Below are positions 9,296 to 20,287 of a DNA stretch of 64,000 nucleotides, piece after piece. The stretch lies in NCBI GenBank assembly GCA_044376115.1, contig JBILLK010000020.1:96001-160000 (forward strand), written 5' to 3'. The position numbers and the translations under genes were made by a program. A model generated the notes under the pieces. It was not told where the DNA came from, made no database searches, and worked only from the letters and a program-made list of their open reading frames with translations. Numbering within the stretch: the first letter of the stretch is position 1; each line of letters starts with the position of its first letter. The stretch is from Polyangiaceae bacterium (GTDB lineage: Bacteria > Myxococcota_A > Polyangia > Polyangiales > Polyangiaceae).

Positions 9296-9826
9296 TCAGT
9301 GCCCCGGATAGCTGAGCAAAGAGAACGGTGTGCAACCTCGTTCTTCAACGAGCTTGGCCCCACCTAAGTCGGGAAGGTCGATGACGAAGGCGGCCTCCAC
9401 GACCTCAGCGCGAACGCGCGATAGCAGCTCGAGCGCCGCCAGGGCCGTCCCTCCGGTCGCGATCAGATCGTCCACCAAGAGTACGCGCTCGCCGGCTTCA
9501 ATCGCGCCGACATGAAGCTCGATCCGGTCGGTGCCGTACTCCAGCGCGTAGTCCTGCCCGATCACCTCTCCCGGTAGCTTGCCGCGTTTACGAAGCGGGA
9601 CGAAGCCGGCGCCAAGCGCTACCGCGAGCGCGCCGCCAAGGATGAAGCCGCGGGCCTCGATACCGACCACGCGATCGATACCGTGCGTCGCGTAGCGCTC
9701 GACGAAGGCCTCGATCGTCAGCCGAAGACCCTGCTTGTCGCGCAGCAACGTGGTCACGTCGCGAAACAGGATCCCGGGCTTGGGGAAGTCCGGAATGGTT
9801 CGAACCAGGCGTTCAAGCTCCTTCAC
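9296..9826 (-). CDS. apt: Adenine phosphoribosyltransferase
   Basis: IPDFPKPGILFRD, EARGF, RKRGKLP, YALEYG, VDDLIATGGT. Confidence 0.95.
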   Translation of the reverse strand: MKELERLVRTIPDFPKPGILFRDVTTLLRDKQGLRLTIEAFVERYATHGIDRVVGIEARGFILGGALAVALGAGFVPLRKRGKLPGEVIGQDYALEYGTDRIELHVGAIEAGERVLLVDDLIATGGTALAALELLSRVRAEVVEAAFVIDLPDLGGAKLVEERGCTPFSLLSYPGH

Positions 9827-10701
9827 GCGCTCTCCTTGGCCAAAAACCGCCGCACAATCGCCTCATTTCTACGCAGCATCTCGGGCGCGCGCGCGGCCTT
9901 TGCGGTCATGATCGCCGAGTCGAGCGCGTGGTCGCAGCCGTGCGGGCAACCGCCCGCAGCTCGCAGCTGAGCGAGCCTCGGAACCACTTGGCGCACGAGC
10001 TCACGCGCGCGAGCGCCGTTCTGATTCAAGACCGCGATCACGTCGGCCACCGTGACGTGGCCGTGCTCCGGGTGCCAACAATCGAAGTCGGTCACCATCG
10101 CCAGCGTCGCGTAACAAATCTCCGCTTCGCGCGCGAGCTTTGCCTCCGGCATATTGGTCATGCCGATCACGTCACAGCCCCATTGCCGGTACAGCTTCGA
10201 TTCAGCGACGCTCGAGAACTGAGGGCCCTCCATCGCCAAGTAGACGCCACCGCGTACGACGCCCGCGTCGGAGCTGGCTAGCGCCTCGGAAACGCGAGCA
10301 CACACGGGGTGCGCCATTGAAATGTGGGCCACGAGCCCGCTGCCGAAGAAGCTCTTTTTCCGATCGATCGTGCGATCGATGAACTGATCCACGGCCACGA
10401 AAGTCCCCGGCGGCAGCTGCTCTCGTAGCGAACCGACGGCCGACAGCGACACGATGTCGGTAACGCCCAGGCGCTTGAGTACGTCGATATTGGCCCGGTA
10501 GTTCACCTCGTTGGGCGGCACGCGGTGGCCGCGACCATGACGCGGCAAGAACGCTACCTCCACCCCCGCAAGCACGCCGACACAGACAGCGTCGGAGGCC
10601 TCGCCAAACGGTGATTCCACCGTACGCCACTCTGCCCCTTCGAGCCCGTCCACTTGGTAGATGCCGCTACCGCCGATAACGCCAATCACGCCCGGCACCA
10701 T
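9823..10701 (-). CDS. mtnP: S-methyl-5'-thioadenosine phosphorylase
   Basis: IGVIGGSG, PRHGRGH, NYRANI, EGPQFS, IGMTNMPEAKLAREAE, VTDFDCW. Stop overlaps the apt start. Confidence 0.92.
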   Translation of the reverse strand: MVPGVIGVIGGSGIYQVDGLEGAEWRTVESPFGEASDAVCVGVLAGVEVAFLPRHGRGHRVPPNEVNYRANIDVLKRLGVTDIVSLSAVGSLREQLPPGTFVAVDQFIDRTIDRKKSFFGSGLVAHISMAHPVCARVSEALASSDAGVVRGGVYLAMEGPQFSSVAESKLYRQWGCDVIGMTNMPEAKLAREAEICYATLAMVTDFDCWHPEHGHVTVADVIAVLNQNGARARELVRQVVPRLAQLRAAGGCPHGCDHALDSAIMTAKAARAPEMLRRNEAIVRRFLAKESA

Positions 10702-10795
10702 AGCGCGAACCCCGCCACAGATTGGCCACAAAACCTCCTTCAAACCCGCCGGCTAGCTCCCGGTATTGGCCACAACCCAAGGCCATGCTCCCGGC

Positions 10796-12046
10796 ATGCA
10801 ACGTCCTCTTCGTGTGCTCGCGATCGCTATGATCTATGGGGCAGTCTCGCTCGCTTGGCTGTTCTTGGGCGGGGTCACCGCACACCGCTCTAACACCATC
10901 GACCCTGGCGAACGCCAAGAGGTCGAAGGCCTTTGGGGAGGTGCCCATAGGCAACAGCCACCCATCATCAAGACGCGGGTGCAGCCAACCAAGAACGGTG
11001 AACCCCTGACGCCCGACGCGGTAGCGTTCGACCCGGCGAGCAGCCAAATCAACGTCGATATTGCGCTGGACCAGCGCCTCAAAGGCCTACGTTGGTTCGC
11101 CCTGTACGACGTCACCTTTGATGGCACCTGGGACCTCGAGGTCGAGGGGGATGGGCCGTACGACCTGCAGTTCGCACTGCCGAGTAGCTCAGCGATCTAT
11201 GACGACTTCCGCCTCAGCATCGACGGCGAGGAGCTCGCAGTCGCACCGCAGAACGGCCAGATCGTAGTACCGCTCCCCAATGGCCTTCGCGACGTGCAAG
11301 TAGGCCTGCACTACAAGAGTCGTGGGCTCGACCATTGGCAGTACGTGCAGAGCTCTGGCGGAGGCGCACTTCGCGACTTCAGCTTGCGCATGACCACCAA
11401 CTTCGACGCGATCGAATTCCCTGAGGAGGCGTTATCACCCTCATCGCGAACCGAGGGCGCTAACGGCGCAACGCTCGAGTGGAAGTTCTCCAACATCATC
11501 ACCAACCGCGGCATCGGCATGGTGATGCCGCAACGAATTCAACCTGGCGAGCTCGCCGCAAAGCTTGCGTTCACGGCTCCGCTATCGCTGTTCTTCTTCT
11601 TCTTGGTGATCGCCATCTTGGCGAAGCTGGAGAAGCTCGACGTTCACCCGATCAACTACATGTTCTTGGCGGCGTCCTTCTTCAGCTTTCATTTGTTGTT
11701 TGCCTACACAGTCGACCTCTTACCGCTGGGACCCGCGTTTGCTCTGGCGAGCATCGTTAGCGTCGGCATGGTGACCACGTACTTGCGTTTGGTGGTCTCT
11801 GCGCGCTTCGGCTTCCTCAAGGCTGGGCTGGCACAACTGCTCTACCTGGTAGGCTTTTCGGCCGCGCACTTCCTCGACGGGCTGACTGGGCTCACGGTAA
11901 CCGTGCTCTCGATCGCCACGCTCTTCGGCATGATGCTGCTCACGGGCCGGATCAAATGGTCGGAAGTGCTCACCAAAAGCGAGCCAACCAAAGCCGACCA
12001 AGGCCCCTATCGGACGCGAACCGAAGTGAGTCCGGAGCCGGGGTGA
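10796..12046 (+). CDS. CreD-like inner membrane protein
   Basis: One N-terminal TM, a periplasmic domain (WG..Q), then about six C-terminal TMs including VHPINYMFLAASFFSFHLL. Confidence 0.65.
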   Translation: MQRPLRVLAIAMIYGAVSLAWLFLGGVTAHRSNTIDPGERQEVEGLWGGAHRQQPPIIKTRVQPTKNGEPLTPDAVAFDPASSQINVDIALDQRLKGLRWFALYDVTFDGTWDLEVEGDGPYDLQFALPSSSAIYDDFRLSIDGEELAVAPQNGQIVVPLPNGLRDVQVGLHYKSRGLDHWQYVQSSGGGALRDFSLRMTTNFDAIEFPEEALSPSSRTEGANGATLEWKFSNIITNRGIGMVMPQRIQPGELAAKLAFTAPLSLFFFFLVIAILAKLEKLDVHPINYMFLAASFFSFHLLFAYTVDLLPLGPAFALASIVSVGMVTTYLRLVVSARFGFLKAGLAQLLYLVGFSAAHFLDGLTGLTVTVLSIATLFGMMLLTGRIKWSEVLTKSEPTKADQGPYRTRTEVSPEPG

Positions 12047-12063
12047 GACGGATAAGGGCGTGG

Positions 12064-13074
12064 CTAACCGATGACTTCGGTCGAAGGCTCAGGCTGCAAC
12101 CGGGCCAGCTTTCGATCGACGAAGCGGCTACAAACCACGCCGAGGAGGATGGCGGCCAAGGTGATCGAAACAGCCCAGCCCGTGCTCGCAGCAGCCAAGC
12201 TGCCGATTCGCTCGGGCTCGGTTGCACCTGGTGCGTAGGCCGCGAAGAAGGTCGCTGAAGCTGCCTCACGAGCGCCAAATCCTTGCGGGGTGATCGGCAG
12301 CGTCACCACCACCAGCAGGATTGGAAGGTAAACCAGCGCCGTCCCAAGCGGGATTCGAATGCCAAATATACGAAAGGAGATCCAGGTACCAAGGACCAAC
12401 ACCGCAAGGTGCGGCAAGCGACCGACCAACGCTCGCATATGGCCGCCGAAACCAGCCTCGAACAACGGCTTGAGCAACGTCACTCCACGAAGAAATCGAG
12501 GCGGCTTCGAAACAACCACCAGATAGAGGCCACCGCACACCAACACCAACGGAATGAAGCCAAGCGGCAGATCGGTGAAGGGCAGCGCGATCGTCATGCA
12601 GCCCACGAGACACCCCATCCAGGTGGCGTAGGAGACGAGCGTGGTGCCCGCCATACGCGCCAACGGGATCTTCAGTAGGCGGGCCTGCAGGTAGGTCATG
12701 TAGGCCTGGCCGAGATGATGGTTGATCATCCCAGGGAGATAGGAGGCCCCTCTGAATAGGTAGAAGTCGATGTAGCTGGCCTGCGGCATCGTGCGTCGAT
12801 ACGCAACGAAGTTGCCGAACGCGTCTGCAGCCAATAGCACCGTTTGCCACAGCATCGCAAAGCCGAGCAACGCCACCGGATCCACCTTCGCCAACGTGTC
12901 GAAAAAGGCATCGAAGTCGAGCTTGCGCGCCAATAGCCAGAGCAGGAACGCAGCCACGACGAAGGGCAAAGCACTGCGCAAGGGCGAGAGCTTGGGACGC
13001 ACCATCCCCGGCTCAACCAGCGTCGAGGTGCGCTCGCCAATTGGCGAGATCGTGGGCTCAGGCTCCTCGTTCAT
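12064..13074 (-). CDS. Flippase-like membrane protein (lysylphosphatidylglycerol synthase TM / UPF0104 family)
   Basis: Polytopic membrane protein with the LPITPQGFGARE motif. Confidence 0.75.
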   Translation of the reverse strand: MNEEPEPTISPIGERTSTLVEPGMVRPKLSPLRSALPFVVAAFLLWLLARKLDFDAFFDTLAKVDPVALLGFAMLWQTVLLAADAFGNFVAYRRTMPQASYIDFYLFRGASYLPGMINHHLGQAYMTYLQARLLKIPLARMAGTTLVSYATWMGCLVGCMTIALPFTDLPLGFIPLVLVCGGLYLVVVSKPPRFLRGVTLLKPLFEAGFGGHMRALVGRLPHLAVLVLGTWISFRIFGIRIPLGTALVYLPILLVVVTLPITPQGFGAREAASATFFAAYAPGATEPERIGSLAAASTGWAVSITLAAILLGVVCSRFVDRKLARLQPEPSTEVIG

Positions 13075-14090
13075 GCGCCCTGACGTTCACGCAGCGCAAA
13101 CGCGCGCGCCTCTTCACGCAGGCCTTGGCTAGCTGTCACACGGGGGGTCCAGCCAAGCAAGCGCGCGGCTTTGGACGAGTCGTAGACCACCTTGCGCGTG
13201 AGGATCTTCACCACGAACGGCGAGAGCACGGGGGCCTTCTCGGGCGCGATCATCCGCTGGGCAAACGCTGCGGCTCTGCCCAAAGCCATCGCAGCCCCGA
13301 ACGGCAGCGTCAGCCGCGGTGGCGGCGCACCCGTCTCCTCGGCGATCAGCTCGGCAACTTGGCGAACAGTCGGCGGAGGGCGATCCACGTTGTCCATCAC
13401 GTTGAACGCCTGGCCGGCTGCAGCCGGCTTCTCAGCGGCGAGCAAGCAGACGTCCACCACATGATCGACCCAGACCACGTTGAGCGGCGCGCTTCCACCG
13501 TCGATCAAAAGGAACCGCTTCGCTCGCAACGAGGTCACGGCCCTGGGCATGAAGTTCTTGTCATACGGCCCGTAGATAATCGGCGGGCGCACCGCTGTTA
13601 CCTCCAGCGCAAGCTCAGCTCCGGTGGCAAAAGCCGTGCGTTCAGCGTCTACCTTGGTGTCGTCGTAAGCGACGCCGCTGTGTTTGGTGGGCCAGGTCTC
13701 ATCCACTTGACCTTCCTCCGGCCGACCGTAAACCGCTGTCGAGGAGAGCTGAACGAACCGGCGAACACCAGCCCGTGCAGCAGCCACCACGGCGCGCCGC
13801 GTACCGCCGACGTTGATGCGCACGAATTGCGATACAGCCCCGACATCCCCGACCTGCGCCGCGAGGTGCAGGCAGGCGTCGGTCCCCTGCGCAAGCTCGG
13901 CGAGTGAGGCTTCATCCTCGAGGTCGCCGCGCACGAGCTCCACGCCGAGTACGGCGAGCCTCTTTGCATCGGCGCGACTCGGATCACGCACCAACCCACG
14001 CACAGCGAGCCCCCGCGACAGCGCCACCTCGGCGAGCCGGAGGCCTACCCCGCTCGTGATTCCCGTCACTGAAATGCGCGCCAACGCCAT
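13071..14090 (-). CDS. NAD-dependent epimerase/dehydratase (extended SDR)
   Basis: VTGITSGVG, HLAA, NVGGT, LSSTAVYG, YxxxK (YDDTK), RPPIIYGP. Confidence 0.85.
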   Translation of the reverse strand: MALARISVTGITSGVGLRLAEVALSRGLAVRGLVRDPSRADAKRLAVLGVELVRGDLEDEASLAELAQGTDACLHLAAQVGDVGAVSQFVRINVGGTRRAVVAAARAGVRRFVQLSSTAVYGRPEEGQVDETWPTKHSGVAYDDTKVDAERTAFATGAELALEVTAVRPPIIYGPYDKNFMPRAVTSLRAKRFLLIDGGSAPLNVVWVDHVVDVCLLAAEKPAAAGQAFNVMDNVDRPPPTVRQVAELIAEETGAPPPRLTLPFGAAMALGRAAAFAQRMIAPEKAPVLSPFVVKILTRKVVYDSSKAARLLGWTPRVTASQGLREEARAFALRERQGA

Positions 14091-14125
14091 GCTGGCGCTT
14101 ATAGCTCAGCAGGCGCCGTGAGCGC

Positions 14126-15325
14126 TCAGGGTAACTTCACCAGAGTGGGCACGTTGGTCGCGTTGGTATCGCCAATTCCAAGCTGCCCGAAGTCATTGCC
14201 ACCCCAACAATAGAGCTCGGTTGGTGAGACGTACGCGCACGAATGCAGCGTGCCCGTGCCGATCGCCACCACACCGCTCAAGCCCGAGATCGTGACTGGA
14301 AATGGGCTCGCAGGACCAGCGGTTCCGAGTTGCCCACTGCTGTTGCTGCCCCAACAGGAGACGAGCCCCTCGCGCAGTCCGCAGCTGTGAACGAAGCCTG
14401 GAGCGACTTGACCAAAACTTCCATCCACCAAAAGCGGCAGGCTGAACTCAGAGATCGAACCATCGCCCAGCTGACCACTGTCGTTGTCGCCCCAACACGC
14501 GGTTTCTCCCAGGCTCGAGGTAGCACAAGCATGGTTACCGCGACCTGCGCGGACCGACACGGCGGTGAAGGGCAACGCAACCTGCACCGGACTCTCGATC
14601 GTGGCGGGCGCAGCAACCCCACACTGCCCCTGACCGTTTTCTCCGATGCAAGACACCGCACCGGCTTGATCGAGGCTGCAGGTGAAGAACGCTCCAGCAG
14701 CGGCGGCGACTCCGCCATCGAAGATCCCTTCGGAGATCGGCGGGGTGAAGCCAACGCCCCAACAGCGCACGCTGGAACCATCGGCGGACTCCGTCACTGC
14801 GCAAGAGTGCCCCTCGCCGAGCGCGAGCGCCGTGACCTCACCGGAAAGCCCTTCCACTGCGGCCGGGATCGGGATCGAGGTTTGCGCACCAAGCTGGGGC
14901 AACGCCTGCCCAAACTCCGAAGCGCCCCAGCAGTAGACGCTCCCCGAAGTCAGCAACGCACAGGTGTGAAAGCTGCCGGCGGCGAGGAAGGTTGCCGGTT
15001 CAGGTAACGCGGCTTTGATCGGCGAAAGCGAGTCCGCCGTGTCACCGGTACCGAGTTGGCCTTTGGAGTTCCTACCCCAGCAGTAAACGTCGCCGTCGAA
15101 CGCTCGCAAGCATGAATGGCCGGCGCCAAGCGCCAGCTGCTCGACGCCGCCCACGCCGCCCCCTTGACCGCCTTCCCCTCCAAAACCGCCGCCTCCCAGC
15201 CCGCCGCCGCCCGGCGCCTGACCCGCGCCTCCCTCGGCTTCGTCGATCGGCAACGAGGACCGCGCGCCGCAGGCCAGCATAAGCAGGCAAACGGAAGAGA
15301 CCCGTTGTCGAGTACGCGTGGACAT
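14126..15325 (-). CDS. RCC1-repeat lipoprotein
   Basis: Lipobox MLAC, a Gly-rich linker, and repeated GxxH(S/T)C..G.V.CWG.N..GQLG units. Confidence 0.85.
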   Translation of the reverse strand: MSTRTRQRVSSVCLLMLACGARSSLPIDEAEGGAGQAPGGGGLGGGGFGGEGGQGGGVGGVEQLALGAGHSCLRAFDGDVYCWGRNSKGQLGTGDTADSLSPIKAALPEPATFLAAGSFHTCALLTSGSVYCWGASEFGQALPQLGAQTSIPIPAAVEGLSGEVTALALGEGHSCAVTESADGSSVRCWGVGFTPPISEGIFDGGVAAAAGAFFTCSLDQAGAVSCIGENGQGQCGVAAPATIESPVQVALPFTAVSVRAGRGNHACATSSLGETACWGDNDSGQLGDGSISEFSLPLLVDGSFGQVAPGFVHSCGLREGLVSCWGSNSSGQLGTAGPASPFPVTISGLSGVVAIGTGTLHSCAYVSPTELYCWGGNDFGQLGIGDTNATNVPTLVKLP

Positions 15326-15368
15326 GAGAAGACTCCTAGCACGTGTTCTGTCGCAGAAACGAGACCCC

Positions 15369-16016
15369 ATGCGCCTTCTGATCGACGAGCAGCTGGATGA
15401 ATATTGCCAGCGGCACACTTCCGACCCAAGCCCTAACTTGACTGAGTTGGTGCGCTACACGCGTGCGAATGTGGACGATTCGCAAATGCAGGTCGGGCAC
15501 GTGGAGGGTCAACTCCTGGCGCTGCTGATTGCAATCTCGGGGGCTAAACGCGTACTCGAGGTCGGCACCTTTACTGGGTATTCAGCCCTAGCGATGGCAG
15601 AGGCGTTACCGACTGACGGGAGGATCACTACCTGCGACGTGGATCCCGTCAACACACAGGTAGCGGCGCGCGCCTTCGAAGGCTCGGCGCACGGTCACAA
15701 GATCGAGCTGCTGCTCGGCGACGCCAAAAGCACCATCGCAGCGATGCCGGAAGAGCCGACCTTCGACTTCGTGTTCATCGACGCCGACAAAGGCAGCTAC
15801 GTCGACTACTACGAATTGGCGCTTACGCGCATGAAGCCAGGCGCGATCTTGGCGGCGGACAACACGCTTTGGAGCGGAAGGGTGCTTGCGCCCGTGGACG
15901 CGGATGACTTGGGCATCGTTCGCTTCAACGCGCACGTTCAAAAAGATCCGCGAGTGGCCAATGTTCTATTGTCGGTGCGTGACGGCATCATGTTGGTGAG
16001 GAAGCTGTGCTCCTAG
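15369..16016 (+). CDS. Class I SAM-dependent O-methyltransferase (caffeoyl-CoA OMT-like)
   Basis: LEVGTFTGYSAL, FDFVFIDADK, ADNTLWSG, DGIML. Confidence 0.88.
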   Translation: MRLLIDEQLDEYCQRHTSDPSPNLTELVRYTRANVDDSQMQVGHVEGQLLALLIAISGAKRVLEVGTFTGYSALAMAEALPTDGRITTCDVDPVNTQVAARAFEGSAHGHKIELLLGDAKSTIAAMPEEPTFDFVFIDADKGSYVDYYELALTRMKPGAILAADNTLWSGRVLAPVDADDLGIVRFNAHVQKDPRVANVLLSVRDGIMLVRKLCS

Positions 16017-16771
16017 CGGTCGACGTCGGTAACACGAACATCAGCTTCGGCTTGCTCTCTGGTGGCAAGCTCGTGCACCACTTGCGCAGCGAGAGCGCTC
16101 GTCAGCGGACCTCCGACGAGTACGCCATCCTGGTTCGCCAGATGATGACGCTCTACGGAGTGGAGGCGTCCAGCATCAAGAGCGCCATCATCGCCAGCGT
16201 GGTTCCGGCGCTGACCGACACGATGGTCGCCTTCGTGCGTCGCGCCTTCAGCGTTGAACCCTTGGTGGTCGGGCCAGGCATCAAAACCGGCATGCCGATC
16301 CTGTACGAAGATCCGCGCGAGGTTGGCGCCGACCGCATCGTGAACGCCGTTGCCGGTTACGATTGGGCTGGCGGTTCGGTGATCGTCGTTGATTTTGGCA
16401 CAGCGACCACCTTCGACTGCGTGAGCAAGAAGGGTGAGTACCTAGGCGGCGTGATAACCCCAGGCGTGCAGATCAGCGCCGATGCGCTGTTTGCTCGCGC
16501 AGCTCGTTTGCATCGCGTCGACTTCGCCGTTCCGGCCAAGGCCATCGGCCGGAACTCGACGCAGTCGATGCAGTCGGGCATCGTGTTTGGGTACGCCGCC
16601 ATGGTGGACGGGCTTTGTGCACGCTTGAAGAAGGAGCTCGGGGAGGACGCGCGCGTGATCGCCACGGGTGGGCTCGCAACGCTGATTGGCAAGCAAACCA
16701 CCTCGATCGAAACGGTGGATAGCGACCTGACGCTGACCGGGCTTCATCTGATTCACCAGCGGAACCTGTGA
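16007..16771 (+). CDS. coaX: Type III pantothenate kinase
   Basis: LAVDVGNTN, EVGADRIVN, VDFGTATTFD, GGVITPG, IATGG. Confidence 0.93.
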   Translation: MLLAVDVGNTNISFGLLSGGKLVHHLRSESARQRTSDEYAILVRQMMTLYGVEASSIKSAIIASVVPALTDTMVAFVRRAFSVEPLVVGPGIKTGMPILYEDPREVGADRIVNAVAGYDWAGGSVIVVDFGTATTFDCVSKKGEYLGGVITPGVQISADALFARAARLHRVDFAVPAKAIGRNSTQSMQSGIVFGYAAMVDGLCARLKKELGEDARVIATGGLATLIGKQTTSIETVDSDLTLTGLHLIHQRNL

Positions 16772-17799
16772 CTCAAACCAACGTCAGCGATGCAACGGGC
16801 CTGCAGCCGTTTCTCTTGAACAGCGCGCGAGTCATGCTGTTTGCTGCGGCCGCGTTGGTCGGCACGCCGCACCGAGCTGTGCTCGCCCAACCCAGCGCGA
16901 GCGCCGAGATCGACCTGGAGCTCTTGCGCCAGCGCTTCAAGCGCGCGCTGGCTCTCGAGGAACGCGCGAAGTGGACTGAGGCCAAAGCGGAGTTCGAAGA
17001 GATCGGCAAGCTCAAGATGACCGCGCAGGTGCGCTTCCACATCGGGCTTTGTGAAGAGTCGCTAGGCCAGCTCGCCACAGCCCTCGAACACTACGAGGCG
17101 GCGCTGCAGCTCGCGGAGTCTGACCGCAGCAACAACGAGGACGTCCTCACCACGGCGCCTGAGCACATCGCAGCCCTCGAGCCTCGCGTACCTCGGGTGA
17201 AGCTCACCGTTGAAAACGAGGGCTCAGCCGAGATCATTCTGGACGGCCAAGCCAAGGGAAAGGCTAAGCGCGGCGTCGAGTTCCGGCTCAACCCTGGCGA
17301 CCACCGGGTCGAGGTCGTGCGCCCAGGCCAAAGCAACTTCGTGCGCAAGTTCTCCTCGGAGGAATCTTCGGTCCTCGAGTTCTCGATTCCCGAGAGCACC
17401 GCGGTCGTCAGCAACGCCAACGAGACAAAGGCGCCGGCACCCAAACTCGTGACCGAGACTGAACCGGGGAACCCGGTTCCAGCCATCGTGGTTGGAGCGG
17501 GCGGACTTTCGTTGCTCGTCGCCAGCGGCGTCTTCGTAGGCTTGTGGCAAGCCGCTATCTCCGAGGTCCGAGCCACCTGCAATGAGCAGGATCAGCAGTG
17601 TAGTCCGGCGCTTGCTTCGCGAGTCGACGACGGCAAACTCTACAGCGGGTTGGCGTGGGGGCTTGGTGCGGCCGGCGTGGCCATGGCAGCGACAGGCGCC
17701 GTCCTCTACTTCACGCTCGGCCAAGACAGCACGGTTACCCGCAAAGCGGCGCTCCGAATCGGACCGGCCAACACAACCTTTACGCTTCAATTCGACTGA
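16768..17799 (+). CDS. TPR + PEGA domain exported/membrane protein
   Basis: TPR-like helix pair ([20 protein letters not shown]), PEGA-like ([13 protein letters not shown]), C-terminal hydrophobic hairpins with a Cys pair. Confidence 0.7.
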   Translation: MTQTNVSDATGLQPFLLNSARVMLFAAAALVGTPHRAVLAQPSASAEIDLELLRQRFKRALALEERAKWTEAKAEFEEIGKLKMTAQVRFHIGLCEESLGQLATALEHYEAALQLAESDRSNNEDVLTTAPEHIAALEPRVPRVKLTVENEGSAEIILDGQAKGKAKRGVEFRLNPGDHRVEVVRPGQSNFVRKFSSEESSVLEFSIPESTAVVSNANETKAPAPKLVTETEPGNPVPAIVVGAGGLSLLVASGVFVGLWQAAISEVRATCNEQDQQCSPALASRVDDGKLYSGLAWGLGAAGVAMAATGAVLYFTLGQDSTVTRKAALRIGPANTTFTLQFD

Positions 17800-17801
17800 C
17801 C

Positions 17802-20270
17802 ATGACCACCCTCGACGAAGACAGCTCAGGGTCCAACAACGATGATGAGACGGTCCGCAAAATCTTGGGTGGACCGCCCTCGGTTTTCGGCCCGCTGCTC
17901 GCAGCCTTCGTCATCATCTTGATCGAGGCCACCTCCAGACTCGACTTCAAGTTCCCGAATCCGCCGGCCATCCTGATGACCATCTGCGTCTTCTCCGCCT
18001 TCACCGGTGGAATGAAGATGGGCCTGCTAACGGCGGTGATCACGGTCACGTACTACCTTGGCTACTACGCGACCCCGGCCTGGTCGTTCAACTACACCGA
18101 AGACGATCTGCTCAGGGTGCTCGTTCATTTCGTCACGACGCCGGTCGCGGTCGTGATGAGTGGGCTCTCCAAGAGAGCGGCAGATCGGCTAGCCACGGCG
18201 TCGTTGAGACAAGAGCGTGAGCACTCAGCATCGCTGCTTTCGCTGTTGTCCGCGCGGCGTGAAGTCGAGAAGGAGCTCTCGCAGGCGAAAGAAGCCGCTG
18301 AGGCCGCCAACCGCGCCAAAAGCTACTTCTTGGCCAACGTCAGCCACGAGATCCGCACGCCAATGAACGGCATTCTCGGCATGACAACGTTGGCGCTGGA
18401 CACTGAACTCACGCACGAGCAGCGTGATTACCTCGAGACGGTACGCGCTAGCGCAGAAGCGTTGCTTTCGCTGCTCAACGACCTGCTCGACTTTTCCAAG
18501 ATCGAAGCCGGCAAGCTCGATCTCTCCCCCGCTCCTTTCAACGTGGTGGAGATGACCGCGGCGTCGGTGAAGAGCTTCTCGCTGCGAGCGCAGGAGAAGG
18601 GCTTGGAGCTCTTGGTCGACATCCCGAGCGAGGTCCCGCAAGCGATCGTCGGTGATGAAAATCGACTACGGCAGGTGCTGATCAACCTGGTTGGCAACGC
18701 CATCAAGTTCACCGACAGCGGCGAGGTCGAGGTCTCACTCACCGCCACGCCCGGGGAGAATCGCAAGATCAAGCTTGGCCTCTCGGTGCGAGACACCGGG
18801 GTTGGAATTGCCAAGGAGAAGCTCGGCTTGGTCTTTGACGCCTTCACCCAGGCAGACGGCTCGGCGACGCGCCGCTTCGGCGGCACCGGGCTCGGTCTCA
18901 CCATCTCTGCACGCCTCGTTCAAATGATGGGAGCGAACCTGCAGGTAAGCAGCCAACTTGGCCAAGGGAGCCGCTTCTTCTTCGAGATCGAGGTGGAAGA
19001 AGCGGACGCACCTGCGCGAGACACCTTCGGTGACCTGGTTCGAACCGTCGGCCCCAAGCGTGCGTTGGTGGTCGAGGACAATCCTCGTGCCCTCGCGTTG
19101 ATGGCTGCGCGGCTGGAGCGCGCAGGCTTCACCGTGGATGGCGCCGCCACCGGTGAGGCCGCCTTGGGTGCAGCAAAAGCGGCCTGCCCAGACCTGCTCA
19201 TCATCGACGAGTCGGTCAGCCTTTCAGCCGTTCGCAGAGAAGGCGGCGAACTCGAGTTGGCTACGCGGTTGCAACGGGAAACGAAAGCGCCGCTCATCAT
19301 GATGCTGACGGCCAAGAGTCAGTCGGTGCTGGCGCCGCGCATCCGCACGTTGGAGTCCGCGCTCTCGATCGTCAAGCCAACCAACGACATCAAACTGCTC
19401 GAGGCGATCGCCGTAGCGCTAGGCCATCGTCCCAGCATCGATGAAGTTCCGCCCTCCGAACGCTCGCTGCCCATCGATAAGCCCTCCCTTTCGATTCTCG
19501 TGGCCGAGGACAGCCCGGTAAACCAGAAGCTGTTGCGCAGGATTCTCGAAAAGGCCGGTCACGTGACTGTGCCCGCAGACGATGGGCAAAAAGCCTTGGC
19601 CGCTTTGCGTGAGGCCAGCTTTGACCTGGCGCTGATGGATATTCAGATGCCGATCCTCGACGGGTTGGCCACGATCGCTTTGTTCCGCGCCCACGAGGCG
19701 CAAACAGGTGCTCGTCGCCTTCCCGTAATTGCGGTGACCGCTCACGCGATGGCGGGAGACCGCGAGCGCTGTATCAGCGCTGGCTTCGACGGCTATGTGA
19801 CCAAACCGATCCAAATCCCTGAGCTGTTCACCGAGATGGACCGCTTGCTTGGGCAAGGGCCTCAGGCGTTTGCACGTGAGATGGAGAAGCGTGACTCGGT
19901 GCCTCCGCGGCCGCGCAGCGATAAATCTCGCGACACCAAGCTATGGGTAACTCGCACAGGTGGAGACGAGGAGCTGGCCGTCGAGTTGGGGGAGATGTTC
20001 TCCGAGGAGGCACCCAAGTTGATCGAAGCGCTGAAGAACTCGCTCAAGAAGGTAGATCCAGCCACCTTTGTTAGAACCGCTCATACCCTCAAGGGGCAGT
20101 CCGATCACTACGGTGACAAAGAAGCCTTTGAGTTGGCCCGGTCGCTCGAAATTCGCGGAAAAACGCAACCTTTGGCGGCCCTCGAGCAAGACGTAGCCCG
20201 GCTCGAAGCATTGATCGTCGCGCTCTCGCTCGACATCGCGAAGTATGTAGCGTCCAAACGCTCGGTCTGA
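17802..20270 (+). CDS. Membrane hybrid histidine kinase (TM sensor-HisKA-HATPase-REC-REC-HPt)
   Basis: [44 protein letters not shown], and HPt AHTLKG. Confidence 0.92.
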   Translation: MTTLDEDSSGSNNDDETVRKILGGPPSVFGPLLAAFVIILIEATSRLDFKFPNPPAILMTICVFSAFTGGMKMGLLTAVITVTYYLGYYATPAWSFNYTEDDLLRVLVHFVTTPVAVVMSGLSKRAADRLATASLRQEREHSASLLSLLSARREVEKELSQAKEAAEAANRAKSYFLANVSHEIRTPMNGILGMTTLALDTELTHEQRDYLETVRASAEALLSLLNDLLDFSKIEAGKLDLSPAPFNVVEMTAASVKSFSLRAQEKGLELLVDIPSEVPQAIVGDENRLRQVLINLVGNAIKFTDSGEVEVSLTATPGENRKIKLGLSVRDTGVGIAKEKLGLVFDAFTQADGSATRRFGGTGLGLTISARLVQMMGANLQVSSQLGQGSRFFFEIEVEEADAPARDTFGDLVRTVGPKRALVVEDNPRALALMAARLERAGFTVDGAATGEAALGAAKAACPDLLIIDESVSLSAVRREGGELELATRLQRETKAPLIMMLTAKSQSVLAPRIRTLESALSIVKPTNDIKLLEAIAVALGHRPSIDEVPPSERSLPIDKPSLSILVAEDSPVNQKLLRRILEKAGHVTVPADDGQKALAALREASFDLALMDIQMPILDGLATIALFRAHEAQTGARRLPVIAVTAHAMAGDRERCISAGFDGYVTKPIQIPELFTEMDRLLGQGPQAFAREMEKRDSVPPRPRSDKSRDTKLWVTRTGGDEELAVELGEMFSEEAPKLIEALKNSLKKVDPATFVRTAHTLKGQSDHYGDKEAFELARSLEIRGKTQPLAALEQDVARLEALIVALSLDIAKYVASKRSV

Positions 20271-20287
20271 CATACCATCGGCCCGTC

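Noticed and set aside
14094..14170. GCGCTTATAGCTCAGCAGG resembles a tRNA 5' half
   Set aside because: No anticodon arm, T-arm or CCA end; it forms only a small GGCGC/GCGCC hairpin and runs into the RCC1 gene end.
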